A stretch of 64,000 nucleotides of DNA, taken from positions 18,561 through 82,560 of the forward strand of contig CAVOWE010000019.1 of NCBI GenBank assembly GCA_963700035.1, read 5' to 3'. A program made the position numbers and the translations under genes. Origin of the DNA: an uncultured Thermoleophilia bacterium (GTDB lineage: Bacteria > Actinomycetota > Thermoleophilia > UBA2241). How positions within the stretch are numbered: position 1 is the stretch's first letter; each line of letters starts with the position of its first letter. Below are positions 60,250 through 64,000 of the stretch, piece by piece. The notes beneath the pieces are model-generated. The model ran no database searches. It was not told the DNA's origin and was given only the letters and a program-made list of their open reading frames with translations.

Positions 60250-60335
60250 GGCCGCGTTCCGTTGGCCTGAGAGTTTCGGCGCTCACGCGCCTTGCCCCTT
60301 CGGCGTCCGCCGGGACGGCGGACTCTCACGCGGCT
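60250..60335 (-). promoter_or_regulatory. Glycine riboswitch aptamer (single aptamer)
   Basis: Minus strand GCGUGAGAGUCCGCCGUCCCGGCGGACGCCGAAGGGGCAAGGCGCGUGAGCGCCGAAACUCUCAGGCCAACGGAACGCGG. It matches the conserved GAGAG...C(A/G)CCGAAGGGGCAA...CUCUCAGGC(A/C)AA.GGAC core, upstream of a gcv operon. Confidence 0.8.
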
Positions 60336-60419
60336 TTCAGCCGGGCTGCCTCGCATCGGCTCAGCGAGCCGACTGTAGCACCGCCAAGGACCGCGCGCCA
60401 GCGGCGCGGGAGCGAGCCC

Positions 60420-62064
60420 CTACCTGACCGCGAAGGCGCGCCAGCCGCCGGCCGTGGCGGCGTGCGCCGCATCCTCGGGATGCACGGCCCGCACGCGCCA
60501 GGCGCCGGCCTTGCCGAGCCTGACGACCTGCGAGTACAGCGAGCCGGCGGCGCCATCGCGGACCATCGCCTTGGCGGTGACAGCCGCCACCCAAGCGCCG
60601 TCGAGCGTGAGGCGCTGGAACTCCAGCCGCACGCTCCCCTTGCCCGGCACATGTCGCGGCGTGAGAGAGCCGGTGACCGTGACGGCGGTGCGCCGCGCCA
60701 CAGTGGCCGGAAGCGCCGGCACCGAGAGGCGCACCTTGGGGGCGACGGAGACCACGGCGCTCTCGGCGGGCACGTAGGTCGCCGTCGCGGGCTGGACCAC
60801 GGGCAGCAGGAACAGGAGACGCAGCACGGTGCGCTGCGACGGCGTGTAGGCGAAGGCGACGCGCCCTTCACCGTCGGTGCGGCCGGCGGCGACCCGCGTC
60901 CAGGCGGTGCCGGTCAACCGTTCGAGCGCGATCCGCGCACCCGCGAACGGCTGCGCGGCGGCGTTGGTCAGCGCGGCCGTCAGGCGCGCGGCCGCCCCCC
61001 AGGCCGGCGTGACGGGGCGCGCCTCGGCGACCAGCAGCGGCTGCCGGTCGCGGACGGAGATCCCGAGCGCCGGCGCGGCGAGCGGCTGGACCGCGTAGCG
61101 CACCGTGTCGAACGGAGGCGCCGTCTCCCCGGATCCGAGCTGCCGGCGCGCGCCGGCCAGCAGATCGTAGGCGTAGGTCACGATGCCGCTCTCGGCCGCC
61201 TCGTCCCAGTACGCGATCCCGGCGGCGGCACCGTAGCGGCTGGGCGCCGCCGCGGTCGTGATCCTCACCACCGGGAGCGGCGGCGGAACGTAGGTGGCGG
61301 CGCGCGGGTTGGCCTTCAGGTACTCCACCGGGTCGACGAAGCCGCCGTGGTCCTTCCAGCTCTTGGGCACGTGCCCGGCGTACGGGTTGCGGTCGCGGTA
61401 CACATCACTCGGGTGGATGCTGAAGTGCAGGTGGCCACAGCCGTTGACGGTCGCGATGACGGCGCCCGCGGCAACGCTCGCGCCGGCCTTGAACTTCAGC
61501 CCGGAGATGTGGCCGTAGAGGGCCCGGAACTCCTCCCCCGCGGCCGTGCGGTGCACGATGATCATGCAGCCGCCGGGCGCGCCCCCGACGCCGTAGCCGC
61601 CGGCGTCGGCGCGCGAGATCCACACGGTCCCCGCACCGATCGCGTAGACGGGATGCCCCTTCCGGGAGCGCATGTCCTGGGCGACGTGGACGTAGGCGCC
61701 GCGCGGCGCGAGGAAGCCGGCCAGGCTGCTGAAGTCCTCCGTGCCCGTGGGCCAGAACCACCCACCGCTGCCCGGCTTGGGCGCGAACAGGGCGCCGAGG
61801 GATGGGGCAGCGCTCTCCACGAAGGAAGCGCCTCCCGGCGTCTCCGGCGCGAGCGCGCGCTCGGGCAAGAAGGTGGAGCGAGGCGCCGGAGACGACGCCG
61901 GGCGCGAAGACGCGGCTCGCGCGGGCACCGCGAAGAGCACTGCCGCGGCGCCGGCCGCGAGCACGCCGGCGAGCGCGGCCGTGACGACGAGCAGGCGCGC
62001 TCGGCTTGCGCAGGCGCGCCCCGCTGCGCAGGCGCGCCCGGGCGCGCCGTTTCTGCTCGCTCAC
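60420..62064 (-). CDS. Secreted M23-family metallopeptidase with a long C-terminal (Ig-like?) extension; N-terminus frame-broken as assembled
   Basis: GGGAGG precedes GTG 62064, giving (M)SEQKRRARARLRSGARLRKP. A shift near 62002 then gives [29 protein letters not shown], a signal or TM segment. M23 motifs: HVAQDM..., GHPVYAIGAGTV, ALYGHISG, GCGHLHFSIH. 1645-1=1644 nt. Confidence 0.75.
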
Positions 62065-62182
62065 ACGTGACCTCCCGTCGCCGGCGGCGTCGTGGACCGC
62101 TCCCGCATTATCGCACGAGGCCACGTCCGCCGGTCGCGGTACACTCCGATGGTCCCGTCCGACACCAGTGGAGAGGAGCCGC

Positions 62183-62845
62183 ATGCTGCCGCACGTCGTC
62201 CTCCACGTCGAGGCGAGCCTCGACGGACGCATCGATCACATCCGCCCCGACGTAGGGCGTTTCTACAGCCTCGCCGCAGGCTTCCGCGAAGACGCGATCC
62301 TCACCGGCGCCGACACGCTGCTGCAGGGCGAGGGGTTGCCGGCACAAGACGACGAAGAGCCGCCGACGCCGGAGGCGATCGGCGGCGACGGCCCCTTGTT
62401 CGTCGTGACCGACAGCGGCTGTCGCTTCGACCGGTGGCACTGGCTGCGCAAGCAGCCATACTGGCGCGACGCCGTCGCTCTCGTCGCGGAGGCGAGCCCG
62501 CCCGAAGGGCTCGAGCGGCTCGCCGACCATGACGTCCCGACGATCGTCTGCGGCGAGCAGCGTGTCGACCTGCGGAAGGCGCTCGAGACTCTCGCCGCCC
62601 GCTACGAGGTGCAGACGGTGCGCGTCGACAGCGGCGGCGCCCTGAGCGGAGCTCTCGTGCGGGAGGGCCTGGTGGACGAGGTCAGCGTGCTCCTCGAACC
62701 CGTGCTCGTGGGCGGCGTGTCCCCGAGGACCTTTCTGCGCGGCCCCGACCCGGCGGCTCCGGACGACGTCGCGCGGCTGCACCTTCAGAAGGTGGAGCAG
62801 TTCGACGATGGCCTGGTCTGGCTGCGGTACGACGTCGAGAAGTGA
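62183..62845 (+). CDS. RibD C-terminal / dihydrofolate-reductase-like family reductase
   Basis: GAGAGGAG precedes ATG 62183. MLPHVVLHVEASLDGRI... and VRVDSGGALSGALVREGLVDEVSVLLEPVLVGG are the typical RibD_C pattern. Confidence 0.7.
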   Translation: MLPHVVLHVEASLDGRIDHIRPDVGRFYSLAAGFREDAILTGADTLLQGEGLPAQDDEEPPTPEAIGGDGPLFVVTDSGCRFDRWHWLRKQPYWRDAVALVAEASPPEGLERLADHDVPTIVCGEQRVDLRKALETLAARYEVQTVRVDSGGALSGALVREGLVDEVSVLLEPVLVGGVSPRTFLRGPDPAAPDDVARLHLQKVEQFDDGLVWLRYDVEK

Positions 62846-62860
62846 CGCCGCGGGACGGCC

Positions 62861-63706
62861 TCAGTGGCCGTGCGCGAGATCGGGGTCGGACCCCGGCCCG
62901 TGGGCGTGAGCGTGCCTGTGAGCGGTAGACGCGTGCCGGTGGGTGTGTTCATGGATGAGGTTGACCGAGAGCAGCAGCTCGCGCTGAAGGAGGACCTCTT
63001 CGGGAGTCCCGTCTGCGACGATGGTGTGCTCCTCCGAGAGCACCACGATGCGGTCGGCCGACTCCGCCGCGGCGGACAGATCGTGGGTCGCCATGACGAC
63101 CGTGCGCCCCTCGTGCTTCCAGTCCTCGAGCACGTCGAGCAGCCAGACCTGGCTGCGCGGGTCGAGGGCGTTGGTGGGCTCGTCGAGAAGCAGGACGTGC
63201 GGCTGCATGGTGAGCACCGAGGCGATGGCGACGCGCTTCTTCTCGCCGCCGCTGAGCGTGTACGGCGGACGGTCGAGGATGCCTTCGACGCGCAGCTGCT
63301 GCGCGGCCTCCCGCACGCGGCGCTCGACCTCATCGCGCGCCAGGCCGAGCTGCAGCGGGCCGAAGGCCAGCTCGTCGTAGGCATCCGAGCAGAAGAGCTG
63401 GACGTCGGCCTCCTGAAAGACGAAGCCGACGCGCGCGCGGAAGTCCCGGCGGTACGCCGGGTCCTCGAGCGCGTCCCCGGTGAGCGGCGCGCCGAAGGCG
63501 CGGATCGCGCCGCTCGTGGGGAAGACGAGCCCGTCGAGCATCTTCAGCAGGGTGGACTTGCCGGAACCGTTGGCGCCGACGATGGCGACGTGCTGACCGC
63601 TGAGGATGGTCAGGTCGATCGCCGCCAGCGCCGCCACCCCCGCCCGGTATTCGTGACGCACACCCTCCAGCACGAAGTCGGCGCTCACGGCAGGACTCCC
63701 GTTCAT
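62861..63706 (-). CDS. cbiO: ECF/cobalt-type ABC transporter ATP-binding protein (CbiO-like) with a His-rich C-terminal tail
   Basis: Walker A GANGSGKST, signature LSGGEKKRV, Walker B LLLDEPTNALD. Tail HEHTHRHASTAHRHAHAHGPGSDPDLAHGH. The start overlaps the cbiQ stop (ATGA). Confidence 0.8.
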   Translation of the reverse strand: MNGSPAVSADFVLEGVRHEYRAGVAALAAIDLTILSGQHVAIVGANGSGKSTLLKMLDGLVFPTSGAIRAFGAPLTGDALEDPAYRRDFRARVGFVFQEADVQLFCSDAYDELAFGPLQLGLARDEVERRVREAAQQLRVEGILDRPPYTLSGGEKKRVAIASVLTMQPHVLLLDEPTNALDPRSQVWLLDVLEDWKHEGRTVVMATHDLSAAAESADRIVVLSEEHTIVADGTPEEVLLQRELLLSVNLIHEHTHRHASTAHRHAHAHGPGSDPDLAHGH

Positions 63707-64000
63707 CGCGGTCCGACCATACGGTCGGCGTAGAGGACCGCCGCACACAGCGCGATGCTGGCCGCTGCCCACGCCCAGTCGCGCGGCCGCAGCCGGAGCT
63801 TCACGAGCGACGGCATCGCACCGGTGAACCCGCGCGAGAGCATCGCGTCGTAGACGTCGTCGGCGGTCTTCATCGACTTGCGCACGACGAAGGCCATGCG
63901 TTCCGTGACCCAGGCGCGGTCCGCGCGGGCGCTACCGCGCGCGAGGGTGCGGCTTTCGCGCGCCAGGTGGATCTGCTCCACGGTGCGCAGCAGGGTGAGG
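63703..64000 (-). CDS. cbiQ: ECF transporter transmembrane (T) component CbiQ-like, C-terminal part only (gene continues beyond the right edge)
   Basis: ...LTLLRTVEQIHLARESRTLARGS...RKSMKTADDVYDAMLSRGFTG... is the conserved CbiQ/EcfT C-terminal region. The frame is open to position 64000. Confidence 0.7.
   Translation of the reverse strand, partial: LTLLRTVEQIHLARESRTLARGSARADRAWVTERMAFVVRKSMKTADDVYDAMLSRGFTGAMPSLVKLRLRPRDWAWAAASIALCAAVLYADRMVGPR

Noticed and set aside
60200-60250. Second (tandem) glycine aptamer between the first aptamer and the terminator.
   Set aside because: This segment lacks the GAAGGGGCAA and CUCUCAGGC cores and is too short. It is better explained as antiterminator/terminator platform hairpins.

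Overview
Very GC-rich (third codon positions almost all G/C), gene-dense bacterial chromosome segment. It probably comes from an anaerobic, actinobacterium-like organism, but that is inference only. I can support about 55 protein genes, one tRNA (tRNA-Sec), one glycine riboswitch with a terminator expression platform, a few promoter or hairpin candidates, and one heavily decayed pseudogene. I saw no rRNA, CRISPR array, transposase or integrase.

Gene content, left to right:
- 1-3.1 kb: rpmH-rnpA-yidD-yidC-jag cluster, with no dnaA beside it.
- 3-11 kb: housekeeping genes (galT-like, rlmN, UPF0210+ACT pair, PAP2, M28 peptidase, ychF).
- 11.3-15.6 kb and 35.5-40.9 kb: two giant paralogous signalling proteins (MerR/BldC-like HTH + 5 or 7 GAF + HD-GYP + GGDEF).
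- 18-19.8 kb: ABC-2 exporter.
- 20.3-20.8 kb: ferritin.
- 21.6-22.3 kb: Phd/VapC toxin-antitoxin pair.
- 22.36-22.46 kb: tRNA-Sec.
- 22.6-32.9 kb: minus-strand metabolic cluster built around a strongly divergent GcvPA/GcvPB-like pair, a non-Pyl MttB-family methyltransferase, a saccharopine-dehydrogenase-like enzyme, a COG3199 kinase-like protein, a PAS sensor and an SDR.
- 33.0-34.4 kb: clostripain (C11) relic.
- 40.9-45.9 kb: selD(Sec)-membrane protein-selA-selB selenium operon.
- 49.6-53.0 kb: about 1120-aa secreted BNR/Ycf48-like propeller protein.
- 53.0-60.3 kb: glycine-riboswitch-controlled gcvH-gcvPA-gcvPB-lipM-lpdA-lipA-HAD operon without gcvT.
- Right edge: cbiO/cbiQ.

Caveat for the whole window: at least 17 conserved genes are interrupted by single-base frame changes, and the length arithmetic closes for each. 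The assembly is therefore either indel-prone or the genome carries many young pseudogenes. All family calls were made by eye from motifs; no database search was run.
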